From an uncultured bacterium (GTDB lineage Bacteria; Babelota; Babeliae; Babelales; Babelaceae), in NCBI GenBank assembly GCA_963824495.1, contig CAWGPQ010000006.1:107438-171437 (forward strand): DNA of 64,000 nucleotides, in the 5' to 3' direction. The position numbers were made by a program, and so were the translations under genes. The first letter of the stretch is position 1; the number at the start of each line of letters is the position of its first letter. Of this stretch, positions 32,301-42,120 are shown in pieces. Under the pieces are notes generated by a model, which searched no databases, was not told where the DNA came from, and saw only the letters and a program-made list of their open reading frames with translations.

Positions 32301-33079
32301 CACAAATACGTAAATATGCTCAATATAGGATAAACTGCTGGATTCATATATGGCCTCGGCAGGAAAGACCTGCTCTGGAGGGATATCTTACTCGACTTTA
32401 TGCAGAAGCTAAGGATCTTGATAGCCGCCTCGTCAAATTCAGGACATCAACTTTACCTAAAACTGTAGAACTCGCCGCAGGGCCAAAGACTGTAGAGTTC
32501 TTGGTTAGCCCAGAGTATATACATTATACCCAACAGCTCAGCACACAGCTTGCGCGACAGGTAAAAAATATAAGTGATCACTATGAGCAGCTGACCGCGC
32601 TCGTTGGGCCATTAAGTCTGGGCTCTATTCCTCAACCAGTTTTATTAAGTGAGGATCAACAACTTAAGCAATATACAGCTTTAGTGAATAAACTTAAAAG
32701 TAACATGAATGCATTAGCAGGAAATATCTCTAGATATATAGAGGCTGCTCAAAGATATCAACAAGCTCGAGTGACCAATCTAGCAGAAGCTGCTAGGCTT
32801 CAAGAGTTTTGGCAGTCTCAGGGTCAAAAGCAGGCTCAAGATGCATTTAATGCTGATAGTGCTCTAGCTGATCAAGGGGCTCAAGATATTAGAAAATTTA
32901 TGGAGACCCTTTCGCAATCTTCACCATTACGAGAAAGAGCCGCTAATTTACTTGAAGAGCTTAACCAGATGAGAAAAGATCTAGAAGGGGCATATAGCAA
33001 CTTAACTAAGCTTGTACCAGGTAACCTTGAACAATCATGGGTTATGCTTGGTTCAGGGGAAGAGCCTCAGGCAGAGTAG
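29366..33079 (+). CDS. Large secreted protein: inactive alpha/beta-hydrolase domain plus Pro-rich and coiled-coil tail with internal repeats
   Basis: The elbow reads GVGRG. The VPNP...LPQ..R.LIEG...EDLAKLEKE module is duplicated, and a C-terminal FWxSQGxxQA module is shared with 27134..29140. Confidence 0.8.
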   Translation: MKLNAILRRLSCVTLMVVTSWLGCVQAQHKVTAHFLFAPDYDMSKEQLQAYTPLITGPSAQVNFTKSESLALDRFRLETRYKELLQSLDVSQLKTHKDGIVILGVGRGATAALTATATSRLAFLKALVVESPVDPLAQALIDYGQELFDKSQGKLEEIQPLFTRALPDPAAWYVARAQVQPLRNVYSIGSIDRIDRTLPLLLIVQHNDPFYSNNTTRLLYIKLKQAGYTNVYLLDLEDILGAGTVTSPYVAAVHAFYKKYDIPYDTTLAAEGQQYFAQAQPSIESVEQSILSSYEDNAFARKLGLGIFAGGGALIAALGLKEITAPQRAAAAQRRELAPQRQELAKEVLKRVEEALGEEVPAAAEIPQVPQVPAEGRGIPKVPPLPKAPPRAPEGTSWSDVFKSTYASIVANLKKIGPATGAGVDLSEPTLLFGGLLPLTDIPVQLVPPSTTAIPLEPDLQRRVLTSQLLAIAFNIRELQRQLQVPNPAPEWLTSIRELLLLTTQQIENLPQPFRGLIEGRALELPSIPPGASQALAAPQRQNLQNIGQQLIKVGEDLAKLEKEAAQQPQQEILSQLKTIRDNVRWLQKQLLVPNPTGELLDSIKQLLALTTGQIANLPQQIRKLIEGGAPGSSNLGQQIAKIREDLAKLEKEVAQQQLPAPVPPQPLPPAPKLVKGTQVPEQVYGNILSTARDIRAIVNVDLRTLERLPLSNLERIRAYKGINQKNMKEVEGKLTLNSPLMKELTELSNDLDKIEQRLVEKKAIVAKAQEEARLRKQAEEQEAERKQQQIQQEAAVSKLLEDIAKSVSDQQRVLLEVLPLNELEMAIRQNNQHTLGGQQRLAQRAIAEFDPDANALADRANKLMSQLTAPEQQPLHDALDAASKSLEEIRFEFQIRLQRIQEGINKVRESTAGPLPSATQPTLTPPLPKGAPEELVRLQIQLNSYVRDAQTLDQWFQQVITELTALQRVVNSNLPVDSQIRKYAQYRINCWIHIWPRQERPALEGYLTRLYAEAKDLDSRLVKFRTSTLPKTVELAAGPKTVEFLVSPEYIHYTQQLSTQLARQVKNISDHYEQLTALVGPLSLGSIPQPVLLSEDQQLKQYTALVNKLKSNMNALAGNISRYIEAAQRYQQARVTNLAEAARLQEFWQSQGQKQAQDAFNADSALADQGAQDIRKFMETLSQSSPLRERAANLLEELNQMRKDLEGAYSNLTKLVPGNLEQSWVMLGSGEEPQAE

Positions 33080-33081
33080 CA

Positions 33082-33747
33082 TTAAAAGTATGACCCGCTT
33101 TTGTTTTTGAGTTTTATCAAGTGCAGGAGAATTATCTGATCTACGCGTGGGTTATAACTATATCCGGGTGTAGATCGGTATTTTCGAAGAAGCTTTTCAG
33201 CTGTTTGTGTGTCATTATTGCTTAAAGCGTCGAGCATTTCTTGGAATAGTTGTTGTAGATCGTTTTTAGACTCAGCATAACGTTGCAGTTCTTGAGCAGA
33301 AGCAGTAGGCGTCGTGCTATTATAATTGAGAGCGATAGAGATAGCTTCATGAAGCTGAGGCGTAAAGATAGGGTATGCTAAAACTTGAGGCTTAGGATGT
33401 TTTGTAACCCTATGATGGTACTGTTCAAGCTCGTTTTTGAGTAGTGTTATCTCGCTCTCATAGGTTGGAATAACGTAGATCTCAATGTCAATACCAAATC
33501 GATACTTAAATTTTTCTCGTATAACTTTTGTAACAGGGTGGTCCTGTCCAAGATTATTGTAAAGAATCTGGTAAAGTTGTGCCAGCTTACTGCGTAATTC
33601 AAGCGTATCAATGCCTTGATCTTGGCTAATTTTAAAACGTAAAGCATAAAGCTTTATGCTTGCTCGAGCATGTGCATTGCATAGGCTAGGTGTTATCCAG
33701 AGTGTGCTCATAAAGAGCAATAGAGAGAGTGCAGAGTGTGTGTTCAT
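33082..33747 (-). CDS. Secreted hypothetical protein with shared helical module
   Basis: Signal peptide, then ARASIKLYAL...R..L..LY...REKF...FGID, matching the C-terminus of 46560..48428. Confidence 0.7.
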   Translation of the reverse strand: MNTHSALSLLLFMSTLWITPSLCNAHARASIKLYALRFKISQDQGIDTLELRSKLAQLYQILYNNLGQDHPVTKVIREKFKYRFGIDIEIYVIPTYESEITLLKNELEQYHHRVTKHPKPQVLAYPIFTPQLHEAISIALNYNSTTPTASAQELQRYAESKNDLQQLFQEMLDALSNNDTQTAEKLLRKYRSTPGYSYNPRVDQIILLHLIKLKNKSGSYF

Positions 33748-33868
33748 AATGAGCCAATAGTAATAAAATTATTAAAGCTAATTGTTTTTTAAACTGTTAC
33801 TATTAATAATATTTGATATTTCGAAAAAGATCAAAAGCCTTGGCCCAGGCACAAAAATGGGCTTTCTA

Positions 33869-34534
33869 TTATGCAGCGACGCCTTTGCCTAGAATCTTTC
33901 TAATGGCTTCAAGGTGTTGATTAATCTCGCGGCACAGATAAGCATCAGGTTGTACAAGTGGATGCTGCTCAAAGTCTTGAAGTGCTTTTTCATAAGCTTT
34001 AAGTTCTTCATAAGTAAAAGTTTCAGGCTTTTTTGTCACATACATTAATAGGGTATTCATGAGCTCAACTTCTGATCTTGCGGGCATCGTAAATTTGGTA
34101 GTAAGGCGTTCGATAGAATCAATTACTTGTTTTTCTAAAGCGCTGTCGGTTATACCATACTGAGCTTTATGGTCCTCTTGGTATCCCTTAAGATAAGCCT
34201 TGAGCTGGGCAATAATTGCTTCAGCTCGCATAAGCTGCAGTGACGCTTCATCTCCCACTTCGAGTATCTCTAAGTTCAATTCTTGTGCATAGTTAAGCCG
34301 TTGCTTGAGGGCTTCTAATTTTTGGTAAAAATCAAGTAATGCAACCTCCTGACCTATAAGAGAATCTTGTTCCGTTATCACATATGAATAAGGGAGACTA
34401 TACACAACCGCTTCCTGAGAGAAAAGCTCTGCTATGTCATTAGCAACTGTTTCGTTATCTTGCCCGCCTGAAGCTCCAAAACAACTAATAAAACCAACAC
34501 CGATTGCTGCCGCTATTGCATGAGTAATATTCAC
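33869..34534 (-). CDS. Secreted helical hypothetical protein
   Basis: Homologous to the central part of 34663..36291 (QL.AYL..Y, EKA..D...HP...P.....EINQ.LE..RK.L). Confidence 0.75.
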   Translation of the reverse strand: MNITHAIAAAIGVGFISCFGASGGQDNETVANDIAELFSQEAVVYSLPYSYVITEQDSLIGQEVALLDFYQKLEALKQRLNYAQELNLEILEVGDEASLQLMRAEAIIAQLKAYLKGYQEDHKAQYGITDSALEKQVIDSIERLTTKFTMPARSEVELMNTLLMYVTKKPETFTYEELKAYEKALQDFEQHPLVQPDAYLCREINQHLEAIRKILGKGVAA

Positions 34535-34608
34535 GATTCTCCCTCAATAAAACTGTGGTAAAAGACTGGTTACGGCAATTAAGTATAATCGAATATCTTT
34601 AAAAAAGA

Positions 34609-34638
34609 ATAAGAGCCCGAGACTAATCGGGCTCTTAT
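34609..34638 (-). terminator. Intrinsic terminator
   Basis: ataagagcccga-N6-tcgggctcttat with a T-run on the minus strand. Confidence 0.8.
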
Positions 34639-34662
34639 AATGGATGAGATAGAAACCTTTAA

Positions 34663-36291
34663 TTAAGGTTGTTGAGTACTCGCTGCTTGCTCAATAGCCG
34701 AGAGTTGGCGACGTAAGTCTGAACGCAGAACATTTAATCTTGCTTGAGAAGTGTTTATGTCTGTTGCTAAATTCCTTTTTCCTAATGTTGTTCTCGTGGA
34801 AGGTTGCACCTGTTCTCGCCGTAAATCACGTAATTTTGTAACCTCTGTTGAATACCGTGCGAGAGTAGCTTCAAATTGATTAAGTAGCTCCGATGGTACT
34901 TTTCCTTCAACGACTGTCTTGTATGCCTGCCAATCAGTGCGAAGTTTCTCGTTATCGCCGGCAGTTAAATCCTCTTGTATGGCCTTACTTGCTAGAACAA
35001 GAGCCGGTGCTTGAACAGTTGGCTGGCCGCTTGAGCCAAACCATGAAGTGAAATAACCAGGAAGAGAACTGAGAGCACTCGTTATTGAGCTATAGGCGCT
35101 TTGCAGCATACCCGGTTGCTTTGCAGCTTCAAGAGCTTTTCTAACGGTTTCCAGTTGCTGATTAATTTCATTGGTAAAGCTTGGATTAGGTTCTATGAAT
35201 GGATGTCGCTGGTAGTCTTTCCATGCTTTCTCAAAATCAGCTAGATCCTTGGCAGTAAATGATTGTGGATTTGCAGCTTTTGTAGTAAAGCGTAGTAAGG
35301 CGTCTGCAAGTTCATCCTCTGACTGCTCAGGTAAATTAAATCGTTGGTCAAGTTGCTTTATGAAATCAAGAGTTGCTTGAAGCCTCTCTCTATCGATGCT
35401 CCTACGTTCGCTCAAATAGCTTTGTTCATAGGCTTGCAAGTAAGCTAGGAGCTGATTGCGGAGAATTTGAGCTCTTACGCGTTGATTAGCTAAATCTTCT
35501 GGACTTATAGGTATACCATAAGGTTCTTCAAGAAGATCTTTAGCTTGACTAAGCCTCTTTGTCAGCTCATTAAATCGTTCCTGAAAATTTAGGCCTGCAA
35601 CTTGTTGCTGCAGGAGTGAAAGTTCATCGCCTCCAAGCGCTAAAAGCAACTGAAGTGTTGCTTCAGGTATACCGAGGATCTCTTCTATGGTTTTCGGTAT
35701 TTGTACGGGTGGGGTTGGCGTAACTCCTGGTACTTGAGGCGCTCGAGTTCTTGCTGCAAGTTGCCCTTCTAATCGAGCAATGTTGGCGAGTGCTTCATCG
35801 AGATTTTTTTGTGCTGTGCGTTGGGTTTGACTGAGTTCTCCGCTTGTTTTTTGAGCCTGCTCTTGTGCTGCTTCTAGCTGGTCAAGCTGTTGCTGAAGCG
35901 CATATTCATGTTCTTTCCGCTCTGCAGCTCTTGGGCTTATGCCCGACAGTCGCTCAAACTCCTTAATTTTTTGAGTCATGGAACTCTCTACAGGAGCAAC
36001 GAGGTCTTGAAGAAGTACGTTATATTTCTTGCTTAGTATTTTGCCGGCTTGATCTTTTGTCAGTCTAACTGCCGAGTTCGTGTCTCCCGGTAATAATATA
36101 TAGAGTGTAACCAGGTGATCACGGAGACTAGTGTCAGCTGTGTCTTTAACACTTTCTAGAGTTTTTATATATAACCCAATGGCATTTAGGATTGCTCCAG
36201 CCGACTGTTGGGCAGCCAGAGGTTGGCCACTAACTGTTATCGTCAGAAAGGCTTGCCCGAGCAGGAACAGCCTTAGTAATGTTCTGTTCAT
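34663..36291 (-). CDS. Secreted coiled-coil protein (array member)
   Basis: Likely start MNRTLLRLF at 36291; the N-terminal ~110 aa are nearly identical to 36341..37339. Confidence 0.8.
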   Translation of the reverse strand: MNRTLLRLFLLGQAFLTITVSGQPLAAQQSAGAILNAIGLYIKTLESVKDTADTSLRDHLVTLYILLPGDTNSAVRLTKDQAGKILSKKYNVLLQDLVAPVESSMTQKIKEFERLSGISPRAAERKEHEYALQQQLDQLEAAQEQAQKTSGELSQTQRTAQKNLDEALANIARLEGQLAARTRAPQVPGVTPTPPVQIPKTIEEILGIPEATLQLLLALGGDELSLLQQQVAGLNFQERFNELTKRLSQAKDLLEEPYGIPISPEDLANQRVRAQILRNQLLAYLQAYEQSYLSERRSIDRERLQATLDFIKQLDQRFNLPEQSEDELADALLRFTTKAANPQSFTAKDLADFEKAWKDYQRHPFIEPNPSFTNEINQQLETVRKALEAAKQPGMLQSAYSSITSALSSLPGYFTSWFGSSGQPTVQAPALVLASKAIQEDLTAGDNEKLRTDWQAYKTVVEGKVPSELLNQFEATLARYSTEVTKLRDLRREQVQPSTRTTLGKRNLATDINTSQARLNVLRSDLRRQLSAIEQAASTQQP

Positions 36292-36340
36292 TATAGTTCC
36301 TTTTTTTTTATAATACTTATGCTTCTGCTTGAGATTGCCC

Positions 36341-37339
36341 TCACTTGAGTAGATTTTTAACATCTTTTACAAAATAGGTATCTATAGGGATACGTTGAGC
36401 TTGTGCTTGTGCTTCATAATCAGTTAAGGCAGTATTGAGTTTTTGCCACGTTTTTTGTAGTAGCCCAAGTTCAAATTCTGCCTCTGCTTCCGCTTTGGCT
36501 TCGAGAAGCTCAACAACTGCTGGTAGGTGCGATTCCAAGTCTTTCTGAAGTTTAGTAATGCGGTCGCTTATTTCTCTGGGAAGAATATGGGCAATATCGA
36601 GAGGTATAAGTATGTAGGGAATAACCTGTGCCGCTCGTGCTGCAGTTTCAAAGTCTTCAATAAGGGAACCAAGTTCTGCTACAGCTTGATTAAATTTATC
36701 GGAGTCGCTAGTTCCAGCGTACACCAGTTGGTTTAGATCCTGTATTTGTTTCTGAATTTGCTTATCGAGTTTATCAAGTTCTGATCCTTCTATAGGTTGT
36801 ATTGGTATTGGCTGCGTTAACTGTCGGTTAAGCTCAGCAAGTCTGTCAATAGCTTTTTCTAGCGCTTGAGTAAGAGCTGCTCTTTGTTCCTGTAGCGTTT
36901 TATGACCGGCCAGAGTTTGTTGATGCTCTTCTCTTACGCTTTGTATTCGTTTCTCTAGCGCTTTAATGCGATCTTCTTGGGCTTGTTCTGCCGGCGTAAG
37001 GGTGGTTGTAGGATATCTCTGGTTAAGTCTTTCAAGTGTAGGCTTAATGAGCTCATCAAGAGGTATGTTATATTTCTCGCTCAGCCTTTCGCCAGCTCGA
37101 GCTTTTGTCAGTTTAACTATTGGATTACTATCTCCTGGTAAAAATATATAGAGCGTAACAAGATGATCACGAAGACTGGTATCAGCTGTATTTTTAACAC
37201 TTTCTAGAGTATCTACATATAACCCGATGGCATTTAGAATTGTTCCAGCCGACTGTTGGGGAGCCGGAGGTTGACCATAGAGTGTTATTGTCAGAAGAGC
37301 TTGCCCGATAAAGGTAAGCTTGAGTATTTTTTTAATCAC
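36341..37339 (-). CDS. Secreted coiled-coil protein (array member)
   Basis: N-terminus shared with 34663..36291; C-half shared with 38129..39139. Confidence 0.8.
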   Translation of the reverse strand: MIKKILKLTFIGQALLTITLYGQPPAPQQSAGTILNAIGLYVDTLESVKNTADTSLRDHLVTLYIFLPGDSNPIVKLTKARAGERLSEKYNIPLDELIKPTLERLNQRYPTTTLTPAEQAQEDRIKALEKRIQSVREEHQQTLAGHKTLQEQRAALTQALEKAIDRLAELNRQLTQPIPIQPIEGSELDKLDKQIQKQIQDLNQLVYAGTSDSDKFNQAVAELGSLIEDFETAARAAQVIPYILIPLDIAHILPREISDRITKLQKDLESHLPAVVELLEAKAEAEAEFELGLLQKTWQKLNTALTDYEAQAQAQRIPIDTYFVKDVKNLLK

Positions 37340-37356
37340 GTGGTGACTCCCTAAGT

Positions 37357-38103
37357 TTAAGGTTTTAACAGATCCGGAAAAAAGAGCTTGACGAGAGGTT
37401 CGGCGTCTCCAACAAGTTCTTGGTTTCTTTGGCTATCGGGTACGCTTACAAGATATTGTTTAAGTGCTTGACCCAGCTCACTTATTTGTTGTAGATATCC
37501 TGTGCCTTCAGCGTCATCTATTAGCTCACCTGATAAGTACTTATTGATAGTGTCAAGACGGTCCTGCATGTAAGTCTCAAGTTCTGCTTTGGATGGGAGC
37601 GTAGGAGCAGGCACTTCAGGTACTGTTGGTGCCGGCGGTGCTGGTGGTACTTGTTCTTCTTCTAGTCGAATCAATTCCTGCAAATCTTGAAGTTCTTTGC
37701 TGCGTTGCTCATGAGCCTTTTGCCATTGTGCTAGCTCAGCCCTGAGCTGTTGCATTTCTTCTTGAGTCGTAAATCCACCAGTGACATGTTGACGGATTTC
37801 CTCATTTCGTTGTCTCACCAGATCATCAATATTGACGTCATATATATTTTTGAATTGGTCTTTATATCGTAGAATATCGTCCCGTTGACCTCGTGTAGCG
37901 GTAGGCAAATGGCTATAGAGCGAGACAAGGATGTCACGCGTTCCCATATCGTTACGATTCTTATCTGCATCGCTTAATGCTCTGCCAAACAACGTAAAGG
38001 CACTCGGTGAAGTCGTGCTTTGCGGTTGTGCCTCAAGTGCTCGGTTGAGTAAGTTTATTACTATAAGCCCTAGCGTGAGGGCTTTTGTTTTTTGAATCTT
38101 CAT
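37357..38103 (-). CDS. Secreted coiled-coil protein (array member)
   Basis: N-terminal AFTLFGR.LSDA...RDILV.LYSHLPTATRGQRDDILRYK shared with 38129..39139. Confidence 0.8.
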   Translation of the reverse strand: MKIQKTKALTLGLIVINLLNRALEAQPQSTTSPSAFTLFGRALSDADKNRNDMGTRDILVSLYSHLPTATRGQRDDILRYKDQFKNIYDVNIDDLVRQRNEEIRQHVTGGFTTQEEMQQLRAELAQWQKAHEQRSKELQDLQELIRLEEEQVPPAPPAPTVPEVPAPTLPSKAELETYMQDRLDTINKYLSGELIDDAEGTGYLQQISELGQALKQYLVSVPDSQRNQELVGDAEPLVKLFFPDLLKP

Positions 38104-38128
38104 GATCTTGTCCTTTTAAGCTACTGGT

Positions 38129-39139
38129 TTATTTGCCCCACTGTTCTAAATCTGCCTCGGCGGATCTTACATATTCGTTATCGACAGAAATACCTAGCCC
38201 GGGTGCTTGTGTACGATAACTTGCTAGAGCTTCACGAAGTCTTTTGGTGGCAGCTTCGCTCGGTTTGCCTAGTTTTACTAGCTCACCTAAAAACTGCTCA
38301 TGTGCGGCATTAAGCTCTGCAATAATTGGTAACGTTTCCCCCGTTTCTGTGCTTTTTTGCCCTTGTATCAAGGTATCAAAGAGTGGTTTTGGTAGCAGTA
38401 TCTCTATGTCTGCTGGAAGAAGAGGGTAACGTGAGATACCAGCGCGTTGCGCCTTCGCTATGTACTGATTAAGTAAGGTTTCTAGGTTTCCTATAGCGTT
38501 GTTGTATGCGTTTTCGTCAAATTCTCCTAGCTTTTCAGAATCCAGTATTGATGTTAGAAGTTTTGCTTGTTGGCCAATCTCTTTGTTCAAAGAATCAAGT
38601 TCCTGTTGTATTGTTCTTATAGGCTCGGCTGGTGGCCGTGCTTCTTCGGCTTCTGCCGTCTCCCTAAGAAGATGCCTGAGCTCTCTTTGCCTATTGAGCT
38701 CGTCAATATTTGAGCTTATTTTGGCATGCTCAGTTTTCAGCATGTCGATTTCTTGTTGAAGTTGGCGAGCTTCTTCAGCTGGCGTTAAACCTTTGGTTAG
38801 CTGCTCCCGCAATGCTTCTTCTTGTTGCTTGACTATATCATCAATATTGACGTCATATATCTCTTCGAACTGATTTTTATACCGTAGAATATCATCCCGT
38901 TGACCTCGTGTAGCAGTGGGCAGATGGCTATAGAGCGTAACAAGAATATCACGTATTGCCATATCCTTACGATCCTTAGCCGCATCGCTTAATGACCTGC
39001 CAAACAATGTAAAGGCAGTTGGTGAAGTCATACGAGCAGGCAACAACGATTGCTGCTGCTGTGCCTGCGCAGCTCCAGATATCAACTGCAGTATGATTAT
39101 ATTTCGTGTTATTATTTTTAGGGTTTTTTTCATTATCAT
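38129..39139 (-). CDS. Secreted coiled-coil protein (array member)
   Basis: N-terminus shared with 37357..38103; C-half shared with 36341..37339. Confidence 0.8.
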   Translation of the reverse strand: MIMKKTLKIITRNIIILQLISGAAQAQQQQSLLPARMTSPTAFTLFGRSLSDAAKDRKDMAIRDILVTLYSHLPTATRGQRDDILRYKNQFEEIYDVNIDDIVKQQEEALREQLTKGLTPAEEARQLQQEIDMLKTEHAKISSNIDELNRQRELRHLLRETAEAEEARPPAEPIRTIQQELDSLNKEIGQQAKLLTSILDSEKLGEFDENAYNNAIGNLETLLNQYIAKAQRAGISRYPLLPADIEILLPKPLFDTLIQGQKSTETGETLPIIAELNAAHEQFLGELVKLGKPSEAATKRLREALASYRTQAPGLGISVDNEYVRSAEADLEQWGK

Positions 39140-39141
39140 GG

Positions 39142-40671
39142 TTATATTCCTTTAATGTCTTTGCACAATGCTTGAACTGGTATAACTTCTTCTTCAATCT
39201 TGCCACCAGCTGCTCTCGAATAATCGTTAAATGTCGTACACAAGTCGGCATTAACGCCATTCTTAAGCTCATAGTATTTTTCATTGCTTAGTTGTTCATA
39301 TTCCTTGTTGTCTCTAATATCTTCATACTTTGCCAATAGCTCTAGAACTTCTTGCTTAAGTTCGGCAGTGGTTTTTGGTACCGGTGGCACTTCAGGTGGT
39401 ACTGGAGGTACGGGCGAAACAGGTAACCTATATTTATAGTCTAGATCCTCTAAGATACTTCGTGCATCATCAATAAAGGGGAAGTTTTTTGCATACATTG
39501 GATAAAGACCTAAAAATAAATTAAAGCGGTCAGCCAAGCTTTTTGCCAGTGCTTTATTCTCGTCGTTATAAGGCATGCCGAGAAGAGTGTATGCCTCACT
39601 TAAGAAGTGACGTGCTTTTTTATCAAACTCATTCTGGCTTGAAGCAACAAGCAATCTGCTGCCGATTTGCTCTTCTTGTTTAAGAATAGGCTCGATTCTT
39701 GATGGTGGTATTACTTCTTCGGGTGGAATACTTGGTGCTTCAGGTGGTGTTATAGGTGGGGCAGGTGGTACTAGCACTTGAGCCCTGCGTAATTCGGCAA
39801 GAGCAGCCTCAAGTTCTGAGATGCGTCGGTTAAGCTCCGTAACATTTTGCCTACGTGCAAGTTCAGCTTCAAGATTTGAAATACGCTGTTCAAGGTGTTT
39901 AATATCCGGTGTACGAGCAACGGTAGCTTCAAGATCTGCAATACGTTTCTCAAGTTGCGCAATAGTGTGCGTAGGCGGTACTTCAGGTAGCGTTGGTACT
40001 ACCAGTGCAGGCGGTGGAGCTATCGGTCTTGTAGGTCTTGCTGGTACTGCAGGCGGTATGCGAGGAACGAGCACGGGTCTTCTTGGTGGTGTGGGGATAA
40101 CAGGGCGTCGAGTAGGTTGTAATTTCTTAAGGTACTCTCGAATTGTATTTATGTTTAACCCAGCAAAGCGCAAGAGAGCATCAGCTTGTCTTCTGTCGGG
40201 AGCGCTCATTATCGTGTAATAGTTATTAAGATTTTTAAGCCTACCAGCTAGTTTGTTTGGTTGTACGGTTCTATAAGAAGCAAGAAGGTTACAAAAATAC
40301 CATAAATTTGAGCCCGAGCGATATCTTCTACAGATCGGCTGAAGCTGATCATACAAGCTTTTTTTTGCAGCAGGAGCAGCAAATCGCTTAGATGGAGGGA
40401 GTGTCCCTACATAGTTAAGTATCCTTATGCTCGTGCCTGATCGTCTTAATTGAGCTTGTGCTTGAGCACGTTCTCGAGGTGTTAGTTGTCGATCATAGAT
40501 ACCGGTGAGTTGACGGGCAAGATTAATTCTATCTCTTCTTTCTGTAGTTCTTTGATAATTTCTCAAGGTGCCAAAGAAGTTTCTTAATTCCTGTGGCGAG
40601 CTATGGACTAGAGGAGCTGTGCTAAGAGTTATAGCAAAATACAGGAGTATTTTGCGAAATCTCTGTTTCAT
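39142..40671 (-). CDS. Secreted Arg/Pro-rich coiled-coil protein
   Basis: Signal peptide, basic N-domain, Pro-rich linker, LE.RI..LEA heptads, and a C-terminal module shared with 40873..43641. Confidence 0.8.
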   Translation of the reverse strand: MKQRFRKILLYFAITLSTAPLVHSSPQELRNFFGTLRNYQRTTERRDRINLARQLTGIYDRQLTPRERAQAQAQLRRSGTSIRILNYVGTLPPSKRFAAPAAKKSLYDQLQPICRRYRSGSNLWYFCNLLASYRTVQPNKLAGRLKNLNNYYTIMSAPDRRQADALLRFAGLNINTIREYLKKLQPTRRPVIPTPPRRPVLVPRIPPAVPARPTRPIAPPPALVVPTLPEVPPTHTIAQLEKRIADLEATVARTPDIKHLEQRISNLEAELARRQNVTELNRRISELEAALAELRRAQVLVPPAPPITPPEAPSIPPEEVIPPSRIEPILKQEEQIGSRLLVASSQNEFDKKARHFLSEAYTLLGMPYNDENKALAKSLADRFNLFLGLYPMYAKNFPFIDDARSILEDLDYKYRLPVSPVPPVPPEVPPVPKTTAELKQEVLELLAKYEDIRDNKEYEQLSNEKYYELKNGVNADLCTTFNDYSRAAGGKIEEEVIPVQALCKDIKGI

Positions 40672-42120
40672 AATTATCCCTTTCTTGCAATAGAAATACG
40701 ACTTTTATACTAGTTTTCTTGGCCATAAGCAGTTCTTATGGTGCTCATTGTTTAGTGTAGTTAATTGTAATTACTAATTGCAATACTTTAACTAAAGTAT
40801 ATCTAATTATTAAGTTCTGGGTTTGATATTTTTAAAGGGCTTGCTCTAGAAAGCAAGCCCTTAGTTGTTTAGTTATGTTCCTTTAATGTCTTTGCACAAT
40901 GCTTGAACTGGTATAACTTCTTCTTCAATCTTGCCACCAGCTGCTCTGGAATAATCGTTAAATGTCGTACACAAGTCGGCATTAACACCATTCTTAAGCT
41001 CATAGTATTTTTCATTGCTTAGTTGTTCATATTCCTTGTTGTCTCTAATATCTTCGTAGTTTGCCAATAACTCTAAAACTTCTTGTTTAAGTTCGGCAGT
41101 GGTTTTTGGTGTCGGTGGCACTTCGAGTGGTACCGGAGGTACAGGTGGTATTGGTGGTACTATTGGCGGAACAGGCGTAACCGGTAACCTATATTTGTAT
41201 TCTAGATCCTCTAAGATACGCTGCGCATCATTAATAAACGAGAAGTTTTTCGCATAATTTGGATAGAGACCTAAGAATAGGTTAAAGCGATCAGCCAGGT
41301 GCTCTGCCAGTGCTTTATTTTCGTCATTATAAGGCATGCTAAGAAGAGTGTTTACCTCACTCAAGAAGTGACGTGCCTTTTTATCAAAATCATTCTGACT
41401 TGGAGCAGCAAGCAATCTGCTGCCGATCTGCTCTTCTTGTTTAAGAATAGGCTCTATTTTTGATGGTGGTATTACTTCTTCCGGTAGAATAATTGGTGCT
41501 TCAGGTGGTGTTATAGGCGGAGCAGGTCGTACTTCAGAAGGTATACTAATGCACAATGCTTGAACTGGTATAATCTCCTCTGCAATCTTGCCACCAGTTG
41601 CTCTTGAATAATCGTTAAATGCCGTACACAACTCCGCATTAATACCATTCTTAAGCTCATAGTATTTTTCATCGCTTAGTTGTTCATATTCCTTGTTGTC
41701 TCTAATATCTGCATACTTTGCCAATAGCTCTAGAACTTCTTGCTTAAGTTCGGCAGCGGTTTTTGGTACCGGTGGCACTTCAGGTGGTACTGGAGGTACA
41801 GGCGAAACAGGCGTAACCGGTAACCTATATTTATATTCTAAATCCTCCAAGATACTTCGTGCATCATTAATAAACGGGAAGTTTTTCGCATATGTTGGAT
41901 AGAGACTTAAGAATAGGTTAAAGCGATCGGCCAAGTGCTCTGCTAGTGCTTTATTTTCGTCATTATAAGGCACGCTAAGAAGAGTGTTTGACTCACTCAA
42001 GAAGTGAATTGCTTTTTTATTAAACTCATTCTGACTTGGAGCCGCAAGCAGTCTGCTGCCGATTTGCTCTTCTTGTTTAAGAATAGGCTCTATTTTTGAT
42101 GGTGGTATTACTTCTTCTGG
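39143..42120 (-). repeat. Three copies of a ~0.6-kb coding direct repeat (~39143-39770, ~40874-41525, ~41550-42120)
   Basis: Near-identical DNA, e.g. aagctcatagtatttttcat.gcttagttgttcatattccttgttgtctctaatatct occurs three times. Each copy encodes PEEVIPPS.IEPILKQEEQIGSRLL...IPVQALC. Confidence 0.9.
40835..40862. terminator. Hairpin after 40873..43641
   Basis: aagggcttgct-N6-agcaagccctt. Confidence 0.7.

Noticed and set aside
36317..36343. TGA read as Trp (LLK*GQ versus LEQWGK in the paralog)
   Set aside because: A single instance explained by a TGG-to-TGA mutation near the C-terminus. The other internal TGAs fall at non-Trp positions.
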